Made by a program: the position numbers and the translations under genes. Under the pieces are notes generated by a model, which saw only the letters and a program-made list of their open reading frames with translations, searched no databases and was not told the DNA's origin. From Macrostomum lignano (Eukaryota), in the NCBI GenBank assembly GCA_002269645.1, contig NIVC01003188.1:49240-113239 (forward strand): 64,000 nt of DNA, in the 5' to 3' direction. Below, piece after piece: positions 38,519 to 50,968 of this stretch; position 1 is the first letter of the stretch; every line of letters begins with the position of its first letter.

Positions 38519-39997
38519 AAAGGGGATGTGAACTTAAGAGTCCAAATGGAGCCTGAAGCATTGGGTCCCGATTTCTCTACGCTAATCCCTTCATTCGGAG
38601 CCAAATAGCTCCCGTTATGCCGAAAACCCGACCACTTTAGCATTTGGGGGATCTCTATGGGGAGAAATGGGATAAATGGGGATTTCATGTGATGGAGATC
38701 TTCCTGTGTTATTTTGAGTTTAATATATTTCGATTTTCGCGCTCAGGAAGGCTCAGACTTCAGTAAGTAGCTTCAGCACGATCAAATGGCCTGCCCGAAG
38801 TTTGATGGAAGAAGTGCAGCGCCGTCTTTGAATGGCCAGGTTGACGGAGATGCGGGCCATCGTAGTCACGGGTAATGGACGTGAGAAGGCGTCGAGTCAG
38901 CTCGCTGTCTTTGGGGCCATGCTTTCCATCGTCCTTCGCGATGCCGAGAACTTCGAGGAGCCGTTGTCGTTGTTGATGTTGAGGTAGGTGTTAGTGACGA
39001 GGACCTGAGAGGTCTTCGAGGACCCGAGGAAGCTGTTGATGCTGCGGGCATTCGTGTCAGTGATAGCATTGTTGAGGATGGCTCCGAAGGGCGTCAAGTA
39101 GGCCGTTAGAGTCGGTCGAAGAGCGAGGGCAGGAACGGCAGTGCCGGTGAGTAACTGATTCACGTCGCCACCGAGGATGATATTGAGGGTACCGTCTACA
39201 TCATGATCGGGCGGAAGGTTGCAAACGCTGTTGTTGACACTGCTGAAGGTGTTAAGGACATCTTCAGGGAGCTTAACGGCCGGTATATATATCGGGGCTG
39301 CTAGCTGGTCGGAGGCGAGGGCTGCGATTGTCCAGCGACGGCCGTCTGGGGCGTGGAGGTCGAAACTGACGAGGTCCGCAGTAATCTGACGCCTGGACTC
39401 CGAGTGGAAGGTGGGGTGGCTTCGCGATGGGATGGATCGCGATCGACCTGATTTCGGGGCAGGATGGGTATTAGCAGTGAGCTGTTCTATGAGAAGCTGA
39501 TTCTGTTGCATCATCGCAGTCATGAAGGTGAGGAGAGGTTGACGTCGTGCATCAGGTGACGAGGCAGTGATCGGGGATGGGACGGGAGGATCCATAGTCA
39601 GGTCAGCTGAAGTTTCCGGCGGCGGGCAGCTGGGTTCGACGTACGGCTGCCCGCGGCAGGGGCTGCTTCAGCAGAGGCTGTAGTGCAGTCGTCCTGGGAC
39701 TGATGGATCTGGTCGCCAGATGGGTCAGTCGTTGATCGCGTGATGACCATGTTAATGCTCTAGTCATCTGGTCATCATGGTCATCTCGTTATTTAAGAAT
39801 TTGAAGCTCCTAGAGCCTTAAGTTCACATGAAATCCCCATTTATCCCATTTCTCCCCATAGAGATCCCCCAAATGCTAAAGTGGTCGGGTTTTTGGCAAA
39901 ACGGGAGCTATTTGGCTCCGAATGAAGGGATTGGCGTAGAGAAATCGGGACTCAATGCTTCAGACTCCAATTTGACTCTGAAGTTCACACCCCCTTT
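38519..39997. mobile_element. 174-bp inverted repeats (38519-38692 / 39824-39997) enclosing a BEL/Pao-like fragment
   Basis: The arms are reverse complements with scattered mismatches; both translate to MKSPFIPFLPIEIPQMLKWSGF in the ORF track, on opposite strands. Confidence 0.75.
38897..39595 (-). pseudogene. BEL/Pao-like gag/protease (DUF1758-type) remnant ORF
   Basis: VSFDL...WTIAAL...DGTLNIILGGDV...PTLTAYLTPFGAIL resembles the I-D-I-L-L-G-A-D / T-x-F-G-W-V-L region after the Pao protease. No catalytic D[ST]G, RT or integrase is seen. Confidence 0.6.
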
Positions 39998-40097
39998 CAC
40001 TTGGTTTTTGTGCTAAGCATCCAGTTTTTAAGCTACATGGATTTTGAGTCTTCGCAGTAAGAGACTGTCTTTACGATTGTCTTTACTTTAGAATCCC

Positions 40098-40352
40098 ACT
40101 GGAACAATTTGTGTCCTTGAGCAAGACACTTTAACTCTGCATTACTTCAGTTCCCCCAGCTGTAAAATGGGTATCAGCATTAGCTGGAGTAATTGAGGGT
40201 GTGCGTGGCGACCCCCCTCCCCCAGTCCTTACTGAACAGCCGTAAGCAGCCTTCAGATGCGCCGCGCAATAGCTGCGGCTGAGCTGTGGGTTGCACATCT
40301 GGCCCAATTGGTGCACTGGCCCAGTTATTATTATTATTATTATTATTATTAT
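40098..40352 (+). mobile_element. CORE-type SINE (family 1), 5'-truncated, (TTA)n tail
   Basis: Aligns to 20800-21045. Confidence 0.85.
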
Positions 40353-40911
40353 AGAATTTTGAGTATCACTTACTTATTCTGATTTGAGTGTTTAGTCGCT
40401 CAATCAGAGGAGTCGCCAGGATCTAAAAATGAAGGTACAGAGTTCAAATAATTACAATTTGCATCAAAGGGTCAAATAGGCAATATTGAGTATATGAAAG
40501 TTCATCATACTTGTGATGTGGCTCGATTTCGATCCATAGGTTATAGTCACCTGGTGTCACCCATTGAAGGGGGCGATGGCGTCTGGATGACTGGCTGATG
40601 ATGTCCAGCAGATGAGGTTGCCCATAATTATTGAAGTTTGATCAGCGAAATGAAGGAAATTGGCAATAGGGTGTCCAGGGTCACCTGGTACCACCGGTTC
40701 AAGGTCAAGAAGCTCCATCTGGGTGAAGGCCAGTGACATGGGAGCCTGGGTGGAGCTCCGCGCAAACTGACTACAATTGATCACTTTTTGGAACAGTCGA
40801 CTAGAGACTTAAGACTCGACTCAGACTCAGGATGGAGCAAGAAGCTCGCGCAGAAACTCTTAGAATCACACGATTGGACAGAATTAAAAGGATCTATCAG
40901 AGCTTCTCTTT

Positions 40912-41090
40912 CTCAGGATGCCAGTCTCAGGATGCCAGCCTCAGGATGTCAGTCTCAGGATGCCAGCCTCAGGATGCCAGTCTCAGGATGCCAGTCTCAG
41001 GATGCCAGCCTCAGGATGCCAGTCTCAGGATGCCAGTCTCAGGATGCCAGCCACAGGATGCCAGTCTCAGGATGCCAGTCTCAGGATGCC
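40912..41090. repeat. 14-bp minisatellite (TCTCAGGATGCCAG)n
   Basis: About 12 copies. Confidence 0.93.
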
Positions 41091-41235
41091 TCATGTTTAT
41101 GATTCTCAATCGATTGTCAATCTCAAAAGAGCTAAAAAGAGCCGAATTACAATACAGCGAGTCACATGCACAGCGATAATATTGGGTGGGCCGAGTCAAG
41201 CCAAGGCGACAGTCGATACGCAAGCAGCTGAGCAC

Positions 41236-41330
41236 TGAGCACGCACACGGATACGTTCGCAGGTACACGCTCACGCAAGGTGTACAGAGACCCTGTGGAC
41301 TAGACTTTCTAATCGTCAGGCATGTACAAA
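41236..41330 (-). mobile_element. Partial SINE family 2 copy
   Basis: Reverse complement of 38325-38400 (CGGATACG..., GGTGTACA, CTAATCGTCAGGGCATGTACA). Confidence 0.6.
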
Positions 41331-42131
41331 AGTAGTAAAAAAATTACAAAATGTTCGTCTAATGACACTTAAAACTTTATGCTTATAAAAATATAAAAAT
41401 AATTATTTCACTGCATAACTCTAGAAAATACAAGAGTAACATGCTGTGCATGCTAAATTAAAAGAAATGATAATCTTCACCCCAGATCAAAGCCCCAGAT
41501 CAAATGCAATCATTGATTTTGTGACCAAAAATGATTTTTCCTATCTCCACAGTGTATTTTTTCCATAGAAATGGGCCTTCAAAAATTGCACGATCCTTGT
41601 GTGTTGCGTCCTGTTACAGTGATCCTTGATGTACACCATGGAGCTACATGTGGGAGGCTGCTGCTGTAGACACGCAGGCTAATTAAAACAGATAGACAGG
41701 TGCAAAAAACTGCAGCGCATGATATCTAGCATGAAAAACGTTAGTTACGCCATATTTCATTACAGATCGCACTAATGGTTGGGATGAATCTACACTGTAG
41801 CTCGTATGTCGATCATACAATAATGACTGACAATAACAGGTAATATTCTTTGTTGTGGGACGCTGCTGTCACAGTCTGCAACTGTCAGATACAATAAGGT
41901 CGAACCTGATACAAACTGTGGCATATCAAAAAATGTTTCTAATAATACCGAATAGATGCTTTTCTTACAAATACTTCCAATTACTAATTCACAGGCTGAT
42001 CATAATTAGCTGTTCGACATTAAATAAAACCTTGTGAAAATACGGCATCTTTGTACTCTGGACTGATATGATTAAATAAAAAATTAATATCTCAGCATCA
42101 ACGCCTTATCTCGGGTACCGGGCTGTGCCGA

Positions 42132-45100
42132 TTAAAAGTCGGCCTTGTTGACAACAACTGGCTGCACCTGGTGCCCACCTGTCGGGCGAATATTTCTGAG
42201 CAGCAGAACCAGCGGGTGGATCAGGGACACGCAGGTGAGGCCGGCAAAAATATAGTTAATCTGCGGGAATTCACGGCTTCTATAAGAGCTGAGACAGAGT
42301 CCTGGTTTATTGGACAAGAGAATATTTTGAATCTGAGCTCACCGTGTCAGGATTTCGTGAGTCCTGCATCCAGTTTATGAGCGGCACAGTCAGAAACATG
42401 AATGGCGCCGCAGAGCAGATGATTCCAGTGTACACGATGCCAAAGTTCTCCGGCTTGAAGCTGCAGGATCGGATTAGTGAGCATGGGTAAAACAGAAATA
42501 GTAACAAACTGACTGACAGACGACCCGACATTGGAGCACTTCAATCAAGACTCGGCATTATTACCGAGTTCAAGTGGAAGAGTGAGCCAACCTAGACTCA
42601 CACAGAAATGCAGTAGTTGCCGAGTGTAGAGTACATGAACGCCCGGAACACTGAGATTGCAACAAAAGTAGGAATGAGGATTCCTGTGCTGTTTGGCAGC
42701 ATCATCAGACAGCTGATCGCTCCGATGAGAGCTGTCAAGGTCAGCGTGGTCACAGTGTTGAGTTTGTAGGACCGGTGGTTGTTTTGGCGCACTGAAAAAT
42801 GTCAGAAACATTTATTCGACAGAAGTTTCCTTATTCTCCTGTTAGGAAGTAATGACCATTAGCTGGTATGTTGCATCCTCACGTATCGGTATGAACCGCT
42901 TCTGCAGGTCCAGCAGCAAACCGGGAAGCAGCGAAACCAGCGGACTTGTCAGAAAGAAATAGCCAAACATGGTAGCGTAGTGCTCCACCAGATCCTTGTC
43001 TCCATCGGTGATCAAGTCCACGTATGGATTTAGGAAACCGAAGAAATAGTTGAGCCGCAGATTGTTGCAGATCATCCACAGGATCATGAGGAAGAAGTCT
43101 GTTGTCAGAAGGAACTGTATGGCCGGGCACCGAAGCTGCTTTTCCTGAAACAAAAACAATTTTTTTGATCCGCATGCACTAAACTCGACTCTTCACATAA
43201 TTTAACTGTTTCGATTGAAACTTAGTGTACAATATTCATCGCTAAAGAGTTACCTAACAATTTCCCCTGATAAGTCGATATTGTGGCGGCCAGACCAGCC
43301 CGCTGTAGGCGCGGGCAGTGCACCTGCACTCAATCGGCCTGACTCACCCTGCCCGGGGGGTGGGTGCACCCAGACGGCCGGCGCGCTAAGCCGCAGGGTC
43401 TGGCACGGACTATGCGCACCTCCCCATGCCTCTCTGTCGCGCAGTATTTATATGCGATTGTGAAAAATAAAAGTTTACTTTCTCTCGCGCCATTTCATTT
43501 TGCGAGTCGCTAAATTGGTGAGCCCGACAACCCCAGCCGTAGCTGAGGAATGACTACGGAGTCAGCCGTTGCACTCAAACTGCCCACGTTTTGGGCATCT
43601 CAACCTCGTATTTGGTTTGTTCAGGCCGAAGCTCAATTCGCTCTGCGGAAGATCTCCGATGACGACACGAAGTACAGCCACGTCATCGCGGCGCTCGATC
43701 AGCAGACCGCCGAGCGGCTCATCGACGCGCTGGAGAATCCGCCGAGGGAAGAAAAGTACAAGAGGCTGAAGGAGCGACTGCTCGGCACCTTCGAGCTGTC
43801 CCGACAACAGCGGGCCAGCCGCCTGCTCAACATGTCCGGCCTCGGCGACAGGCGTCCCACGGAGTTGATGGACGAGATGCTCGCCCTGCTTGGCGACCAC
43901 CGGCCCTGCCTGCTCTTCGAAGAGTTGTTCCGCCAGCAGCTGCCCGCTGAGGTCAGAATGGCAATGGCGACCGCCGACTTCAGCGACCCGCGGGAAGCAG
44001 CGCAGCTCGCCGACAAGCTGTGGGCCAGCCGGCCGCAGCTCGCCGCGGCCTCCGTCCAGCAGCCGGCAGCGGAGCCCACCCAGCCGGTGGTTTCGGCGAC
44101 CCGTCGGGGCGGCAGTCGGCCGTCTAAGCAGCAACAACATCACCCTGACGACGGCCTGTGCTACTTCCATCGCCGTTTCGGAGCCAAGGCACGCCGCTGC
44201 GAATCTCCATGCAGCTTCCAGGGAAACGGGCAGGCCGGCCGTCAGTGAACAGCTCGGCGGCCGGCAACAGCAGCAGCCTGCTCCTCATCCCCGATGTGCA
44301 GACGGGCCGGCGCTTCCTGGTCGACACCGGCGCCGAGGTCAGCATTTTCCCCGTCGATGGCTCGGATGCTCGCCTGCACACGCCCGGCCCGCCGCTCTTT
44401 GCAGCCAACGGCAGCCTCATTCGCACCTTCGGCACCCGCCAGCTCACGCTCGACCTCGGAATCCGGCGCTGCTCGTGGCCGTTCATCCTGGCCGAGGTCT
44501 CCCGCCCGCTGATCGGCGCCGACTTCCTGCGACACCACGGCTTGCTGGTGGATCTGCCGCACCGGCGACTCCTGGACGCCCGCTCATTCGCCAGCGTGCA
44601 CCTGCTGGACGGCACGGGGCCCGGACTGCAGCTCGCCGCAGCCGCCGCTGCGGACCCGTACAGCCAGCTGCTGGCCGAGTTCCCCGCCCTCACCGAGCCC
44701 AGCTTCCAGCGAGCGGAGCCGCGCCACGGGGTCGAGCACCACATCCCGACTCAGGGCCCGCCGGTCCACGCCCGCCCTCGCCGCCTGCCGCCGGACAAGC
44801 TGGCGGTGGCCAAGGAGGAGTTCCGGCTCCTGGAGCAGCTCGGCATCGCGCGCCGGTCCAACAGCCCGTGGTCCTCGCCGCTGCACATGGTGCCCAAGGC
44901 CTCGGGCGGGTGGCGGCCCTGCGGCGACTTCAGGCGGCTCAACGACGCCACGGTGCCCGACCGCTACCCAGTGCCGCACATCCAGGACTTCTCGGCCCGC
45001 CTGGCCGGCTGCTCGGTTTTCTCCAAGATCGACCTCGTCCGCGGCTACCACCAGGTGCCCGTGGCCGCAGCCGACGTGCCCAAGACTGCCGTCACCACCC

Positions 45101-48100
45101 CATTTGGCCTCTTCGAGTTCCTGCGTATGCCATTCGGCCTCAAGAACGCTGCCCAGGCCTTTCAGCGACTGGTAGACTCCGTCTGCCAGGACCTGGACTT
45201 CGTCTTTGCCTACATCGACGACTTCCTGGTTGCCAGCCGCAGCCCGCAGCAGCACCTGGAGCACCTGCGGACGCTGTTCCAGCGCCTAGCCGACAACGGC
45301 CTCATCATCAACCCGGCCAAGTGCGAGTTCGGCCGCAGCGAAATCGACTTCCTCGGCCACCGCATCAGCGCCCAGGGAGCCGTGCCGCTGCCCGCCAAGG
45401 TCGACGCCATCACCCGGTTCGCGCCACCGGCCACCGTCAAGGGCCTGCAGGAGTTCGCCGGCATGGTCAATTTCTACCACCGCTTCGTGCCGCGCGCCGC
45501 CCAGCTGCTGCGCCCCATCCACGCGGCCATGGCAGGCAAGGAGAAGCTCGTCCGCTGGACGCCCGAGCTGACCGCCGCCTTCGACGGAGCGAAGCGGGCG
45601 CTGGCCTCCGCCGCCATGCTGGCGCACCCGCGACCGGACGCGCCCATCGCCCTCACCGTCGACGCCTCGGACACCGCGGTCGGCGCGGCACTCGAGCAGC
45701 GGGTCGGCGGCGCCTGGCAGCCGCTCGCCTTCTTCAGCCGGCAGCTCCGCCCGCCCGAGCAGAAGTACAGCGCTTTCGACCGCGAGCTGCTCGCCCTGTA
45801 CCTAGCGGTCCGGCACTTCCGTTACTTCCTCGAGGGCCGCGTGTTCACCGCCTTCACGGACCACAAGCCGCTGGTAGCCGCCATGTCCAAGATGTCGGAC
45901 CCGTGGTCCGCCCGGCAGCAGCGCCACCTGGCCTACGTGTCCGAGTTCACCACGGACATCAAGCACGTGGCAGGCAAGGACAACCCGGTCGCAGACGCGC
46001 TGTCCCGCTGCACGGTCTCCTCGGTGCAGCCCCGGTTGCTCCCCGGCGTGGACTTCGCGGCCATGGCGCAGGCGCAGGCAGCCGACACAGCTGCACAGGC
46101 CGACGCCAGCCTCCAGCTCGAGCCGCTGCAGCTCAGCCCCGGCGTCGCCCTGCTCTGCGATATCTCCACCGGCCGGCCGCGCCCGCTGGTGCCGCCGGAT
46201 TTCCGCCGCACCGTTTTCGACGCCATCCACGGCCTCGCCCACCCGTCAGTTCGCAGCACGCGGCGCCTCGTGGCCGCCAAGTTCGTGTGGGCCAGCATGA
46301 ACAAGGACATCAGCCAGTGGGCCCGGTCCTGCGTCTCCTGCCAGACGGCCAAGGTTCAGCGGCACGTCGGCGCCCCGGTGGTCGGCATCCGCGTCCCGGA
46401 CCAGCGTTTCGCCCACGTGCACGTCGACCTGGTGGGGCCGCTGCCGCCTTCGCAGGGTTTCACGCACCTGCTGACGATCGTGGACCGCTTCACCAGGTGG
46501 CCGGAGGCGATCCCGATGGCCGACACCTCCGCTGCATCCTGCGCCTCCGCCTTCATCGCCCACTGGATCGCCAGGTTCGGCGTCCCAAGCGACATCACCT
46601 CGGACCGCGGCCCCCAGTTCACGTCGCAGCTGTGGTCCAACGTCTCCCGGCTCCTCGGCATGCAGCTGCACCGGACAACGGCCTTCCATCCGCAGGCGAA
46701 CGGGCTGGTCGAGCGGTTCCACCGGCAGCTGAAGGCCTCCCTCATGGCGCGCCTGGCGGGATCGGCCTGGGTCAGCGAGTTGCCCTGGGTGCTGCTCGGC
46801 ATCCGGACGGCCCCCAAGGAGGACCTGCCGGCATCATCGGCCGAGCTGGTCTACGGAGCGCCGCTTTGCGTGCCCGGCGAGTGCCTGCAGCCCAGCCCGG
46901 CCGCCGGCGACAACGACCAGTTCCTCGCCCGGCTCCGCGGTGCCGTACAGGCGTTCCGGCCGACGCCGACGTCTCAGCATGGCAGCCGCCCCACCGCCTG
47001 GCCCGCCGCTCTCGACACCTGCCCGTTCGTGTTTGTCCGGCGCGACGGCCACCGACCTCCGCTGCAGCGGCCCTACGACGGCCCGTTCAAAGTGCTCGAG
47101 CGGGATGCCAAGGCCTTCCTGCTGGATCTGGGCACTCGCCGTGACCACGTGACCGTCGACAGGCTGAAGCCGGCCGTCATCGACGCCGACGGCCCAATCC
47201 CAACGCCGGCGCCGCGACCGAGAGGCCGTCCGCCTCGAGAGCCGCCTGCCGCCGGTCCCGCGGCCTCAGCTGGCCGCCCTTCGACAGCAGCCCAGCCCGC
47301 CGCTGCCCTCCCCAGCCGCCGCCAGCCGCCTCGCCGGTGTCGCCCGACAACTCTCGATGCATAGCTCGGTGCTGGGGGGAGCTGTGTGGCGGCCAGACCA
47401 GCCCGCTGTAGGCGCGGGCAGTGCACCTGCACTCAATCGGCCTGACTCACCCTGCCCGGGGGGTGGGTGCACCCAGACGGCCGGCGCGCTAAGCCGCAGG
47501 GTCTGGCACGGACTATGCGCACCTCCCCATGCCTCTCTGTCGCGCAGTATTTATATGCGATTGTGAAAAATAAAAGTTTACTTTCTCTCGCGCCATTTCA
47601 TTTTGCGAGTCGCTAAAATATTGTATTTTATAACTAGAATGAAAGCTAAAATCTGAAGAGAGTTCCTACCTCTATAGCATCGGATGCCTCCTCTGACACG
47701 ACACTGGATTCCGTAGTCCTCGGATCTTGCTGCTGCTGGGCCTCCTTCTTTGACTTGCGGCCGCGCAGCGAAGACAAGCTGATTGTCTGGGGCGCCAGGC
47801 CCGAGTCCACCTGGAGCCGGTTGTACTTTCCCGGGTAGAGGGCGACAGTCAGGCTGATGGTCAGCACGCCGAGGCCTGTGTACACTCCGAATGCGATGAA
47901 GCTGTTGACGTTGCTGCGAGATATTTGCTGAATGAGAGGTTGAAGATAATGGGGTGACTTTGATCTTGAGTATCGTTGTTCGAGATACTCCTTGTACGAG
48001 AACACAATCCCTCTGCAGATCCTACGTTATAATCTGAATTGCAAGCTCGTCTATTGATACAAATGAGCAAAAAGCTCTGATATGGTTAACTAGTATTGGC

Positions 48101-48986
48101 TATGTTTAGCTACTATTGTCGGTATTGGCACTCTAATCAGCTACCCAACTGCTCACCACAAGCACTGATGTCACCATTGTGCAGGCATCGAACAGGCCGC
48201 TAATTATCGAAGCAACCACGAACGGAAATTTCACCATGGTTGACAGCTGCAGGTTCGACATGACCACCTGAATTCCTGAGATTCCCAGCATCATTGTGCC
48301 AGGAAATATCAGCCAATCGACGCCTGAAAGATTGTTTCCAGGGCGATCATTCCACAGATTTAACTGCTGGGAGAGACAACGTTTATAAATGGCAATTAGA
48401 TGGTGAAGTCGTAAATTCATTAAAATGACTTAAACTCCATGATACACTGTCAAGGAGGGCTGCGATAGATTAAAAAGTTTTTATAGCATGGTACCAGCAG
48501 ACTATTTTTAGATAGAAAATATGAAAGTCTTGTTCCCTTCCCTGGGTGCTTCGCTTTCTATACTCTTCTCTTTGCATTTAGCTCGTATTAGTGCCATTTC
48601 TCACCTGGCTGCACCAGCGTAAAGCAGAGGCTTCCCAGTCCGAACAGCGCCGCAGCGATGGTCTTCACCACTCGGAAGCCCCAACGGTCCAGAATGAACC
48701 CGGATGCGACATTGCCGAACGGCGTCACCACCTGGGTGATGGTGAACGCTAGAGTGATCTGATCGCGCGCTGCAGAACAGCTAGCGGTGGCGTTGGCGCC
48801 AGCTGTGACATTGGATGCGCACAGGTGACTGTAGACACCGCGGTCATTGAGCACGGGAACCAGAGAGACCACGCCATAGGCTATACCGGAGAAGAGCAGA
48901 GTCTCCAGCATGGCGAGGCCGATGGTGACGGCGATGCGCAGGTTGGAAGGCGCTGCCTGAGGCGGCTTCTTCTTGCTGTCAGACAT
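42132..48986 (-). CDS. SLC43A3: SLC43-family transporter copy 2; exons 48986-48605, 48323-48157, 47927-47670, 43144-42883, 42791-42602, 42460-42343, 42260-42132 (501 aa); Gypsy element in intron 3
   Basis: Same exon sizes and phases as copy 1, open throughout. Confidence 0.85.
43550..44248 (+). CDS. gag: Gypsy Gag with CHCC zinc motif
   Basis: [28 protein letters not shown]-terminus; C-x2-H-x9-C-x3-C ([18 protein letters not shown]) is characteristic of the CsRn1 lineage. Confidence 0.93.
   Translation: MTTESAVALKLPTFWASQPRIWFVQAEAQFALRKISDDDTKYSHVIAALDQQTAERLIDALENPPREEKYKRLKERLLGTFELSRQQRASRLLNMSGLGDRRPTELMDEMLALLGDHRPCLLFEELFRQQLPAEVRMAMATADFSDPREAAQLADKLWASRPQLAAASVQQPAAEPTQPVVSATRRGGSRPSKQQQHHPDDGLCYFHRRFGAKARRCESPCSFQGNGQAGRQ
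44221..44265 (+). promoter_or_regulatory. -1 programmed ribosomal frameshift signal
   Basis: G_GGA_AAC heptamer in the gag frame (44221-44227), 6-nt spacer, 8-bp stem GCCGGCCG (44234-44241) / CGGCCGGC (44258-44265). Pol is in the -1 frame. Confidence 0.8.
44221..47364 (+). CDS. pol: Gypsy Pol (PR-RT-RNase H-IN), expressed by probable -1 frameshift
   Basis: LVDTGA protease, YIDD RT, VDAS RNase H, HHCC plus D-D-E integrase (VDLVGP, SDRGPQF, VERFHR) and PYDGPF motif. The order PR-RT-RH-IN is Gypsy. Confidence 0.96.
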   Translation, partial: GKRAGRPSVNSSAAGNSSSLLLIPDVQTGRRFLVDTGAEVSIFPVDGSDARLHTPGPPLFAANGSLIRTFGTRQLTLDLGIRRCSWPFILAEVSRPLIGADFLRHHGLLVDLPHRRLLDARSFASVHLLDGTGPGLQLAAAAAADPYSQLLAEFPALTEPSFQRAEPRHGVEHHIPTQGPPVHARPRRLPPDKLAVAKEEFRLLEQLGIARRSNSPWSSPLHMVPKASGGWRPCGDFRRLNDATVPDRYPVPHIQDFSARLAGCSVFSKIDLVRGYHQVPVAAADVPKTAVTTPFGLFEFLRMPFGLKNAAQAFQRLVDSVCQDLDFVFAYIDDFLVASRSPQQHLEHLRTLFQRLADNGLIINPAKCEFGRSEIDFLGHRISAQGAVPLPAKVDAITRFAPPATVKGLQEFAGMVNFYHRFVPRAAQLLRPIHAAMAGKEKLVRWTPELTAAFDGAKRALASAAMLAHPRPDAPIALTVDASDTAVGAALEQRVGGAWQPLAFFSRQLRPPEQKYSAFDRELLALYLAVRHFRYFLEGRVFTAFTDHKPLVAAMSKMSDPWSARQQRHLAYVSEFTTDIKHVAGKDNPVADALSRCTVSSVQPRLLPGVDFAAMAQAQAADTAAQADASLQLEPLQLSPGVALLCDISTGRPRPLVPPDFRRTVFDAIHGLAHPSVRSTRRLVAAKFVWASMNKDISQWARSCVSCQTAKVQRHVGAPVVGIRVPDQRFAHVHVDLVGPLPPSQGFTHLLTIVDRFTRWPEAIPMADTSAASCASAFIAHWIARFGVPSDITSDRGPQFTSQLWSNVSRLLGMQLHRTTAFHPQANGLVERFHRQLKASLMARLAGSAWVSELPWVLLGIRTAPKEDLPASSAELVYGAPLCVPGECLQPSPAAGDNDQFLARLRGAVQAFRPTPTSQHGSRPTAWPAALDTCPFVFVRRDGHRPPLQRPYDGPFKVLERDAKAFLLDLGTRRDHVTVDRLKPAVIDADGPIPTPAPRPRGRPPREPPAAGPAASAGRPSTAAQPAAALPSRRQPPRRCRPTTLDA

Positions 48987-50517
48987 GCTTAAAGAAGCGT
49001 GTGTCAGTAAGTTGATCCTAAAGTCGAGGTTGGACTTGAACTGAGCGTACAATAAACTTTGCAGAAACTTTAATCATTTAGCTTTATAGTTACTTTCAGC
49101 TTTACAGTTATTTGCATGTACGCTCGCTGTGCGACAGCAAGATTGCAAACCATTAGAAATCCAACTGACTGGATTCAATCTTGGCGGAGGCTCAAAAGGG
49201 GTTCGGTTGGGTTCGCTCAGTGTGGCATGGAGTTTTATCTTTGCTTGTAATTTGCCAAGCAGAGTGAGGGCAAGGCAGATATTTTTCAGGAGAAGCCTGC
49301 TCTCACTTGGAAAGTTGTAATTTACGAGCACGACTGTCACTGAATTTCGCTTTAGTAGAATCATTCACGCCAACCAGTGAGTGATCCAGCGAAAAGAGTT
49401 GCAGGTTCTGCTGTTTGGAGCTAAGCAGTCGTACTCTACAAGCAGACTTCGTGGCAATGAATCAAGAGAAAATTGATTGCATTTTCTTGTGACTAAACGC
49501 TAGCAAGCGCATATCGTTTCTCACAAGTATAGTTAAGAGAAACTGTTTTCAACTGTCTACTATTAGTAATAAGAAAGTATAACAAGATTATCTAAAACTT
49601 TAACAGAATGCCTCTTATACAAGAAATGGTTATCAAAATTACTCTGCCGGATGAAGCATCTCTTTATTTGCGGGACAAGAATCCAATTATTGTAAAGGAT
49701 ACTTTTGCGAAAAATAAAAGACTTTTGGAACGTAAGACGGTGGAATTTGCTATGGGTCTAGAAAATAGACTAACAGTTTCTGAGGAAATGGCTCGAGTCT
49801 ATGAGCATGCTAAATTTCTTTCAAAGTGATTTGCTAATTGGCGATCCTGCTCCCAGGGCCGGACTCACCCGGCTGCTTCGCTCCTCTTCCTCTTGCTCAT
49901 AAATCGCTATGATTACTCGTAAAACTTCGAGTCACGAGTGACTACCTCGGTGGAAACCTCTGTGTGACTTGTTAGCCTTCAGCTCTCACTGCATCAACTG
50001 CACGGGGGCCCGCTGCTCAGTATCCATCAGTTTGCTATTGAAATAAAAGCAATGCAAGTATTTTATAAACACTTTAGTCCCACCCTTTGAGCTGAAGACG
50101 TGCTCGAGAATGCAGATTTCTTAGAGGTTGAGCAAGTCGTTTTGTTAAAAATTGAAACCATCACGACAGTTTCGAATCAATTCATCGTGGCAAAATTCAA
50201 GATTTGGGATAAACCAATTTGGGATAAACACCCTTCCGTATTTATGGAAATAAAAATTGCAATTGAGTCCGATCCAGCTGTTGCTAAATGTAAACGTTAT
50301 TTTTTGACATTAGCTCGTAAACATCAGAATCGAGCAAAATAGAATTCACACTATTATTAGAATGAAGTCGTAACTGTATCTTACAACATCTGCGTTGCCC
50401 AAGCTGTCAAGAAGTTGCTATTACATCAACTGGAGAAAACCACTGACCCAAAACACTGGATGATTTATTCGCTGTCAATGCAATCCAAAGTTAGTTTCAA
50501 TAAATAACTATTAACTG

Positions 50518-50835
50518 GAGGGGTTGTAGCCTAGTGGCTACAGAGCCGGACTCACGACTGGAAGGTCGGCTGTTCGATTCGCAACCCACTCGGAGCAATT
50601 TGTGTCCTTGAGCAAGACATTTAACTCTGCATTGCTTCAGTTCACCCAGCTGTAAAATGGGTGCCAGCATTAGCTGGGGTAATTGAGGGTGTGTGGCGAC
50701 CCCCCAGTCCTTGGACTGAACAGCCGTACGCAGCCTTCAGATGCGCCGCGCAATAGCTGCGACTGACGTCTCGGTTGTACATCCGCCTAATTGGGGCAGG
50801 TGTAATCAATATTAATAATAATAATAACTATAATA
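50518..50835 (+). mobile_element. Full-length CORE-type SINE (family 1)
   Basis: A/B boxes, CORE-like body, (AAT)n tail; aligns to 20741-21054. Confidence 0.85.
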
Positions 50836-50968
50836 ATAATATTATATCTGCGCAGAAAACCAGCAATGCAATAAACCGAAACCGAAAAACAGAGACAGAA
50901 AACCCTTAAACCGAAAAAACTGAGCCACCCAGCATCGAAGAAAAATTTCTCAGGAACTTCAGAATTTC

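Larger units (their letters stand above)
43282..47617 (+). mobile_element. Full-length Ty3/Gypsy LTR retrotransposon (CsRn1/Boudicca-like), 4336 bp
   Basis: Identical 233-bp LTRs (43282-43514, 47385-47617) with TATA-like and AATAAA motifs. 4-bp TSD ATAT (43278-43281, 47618-47621). PBS-like TTGGTGAGCCCG at 43515, purine-rich tract before the 3' LTR, intact gag and pol. Confidence 0.97.

Noticed and set aside
43890-47144. 1084-aa overlapping ORF as a second retroelement gene
   Set aside because: In this frame the first codon position is pol's GC-rich third position, so stop codons are depleted automatically. The product is low-complexity Arg/Pro/Ala/Gly. The same applies to the many antisense ORFs over gag/pol.
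49074-50342. Short ORFs between SLC43 copies 2 and 3 (including MSKRKRSEAAG|gtgagt at ~49900) and ORF 37765-38100
   Set aside because: No recognisable domain and no consistent multi-exon model could be built by eye.
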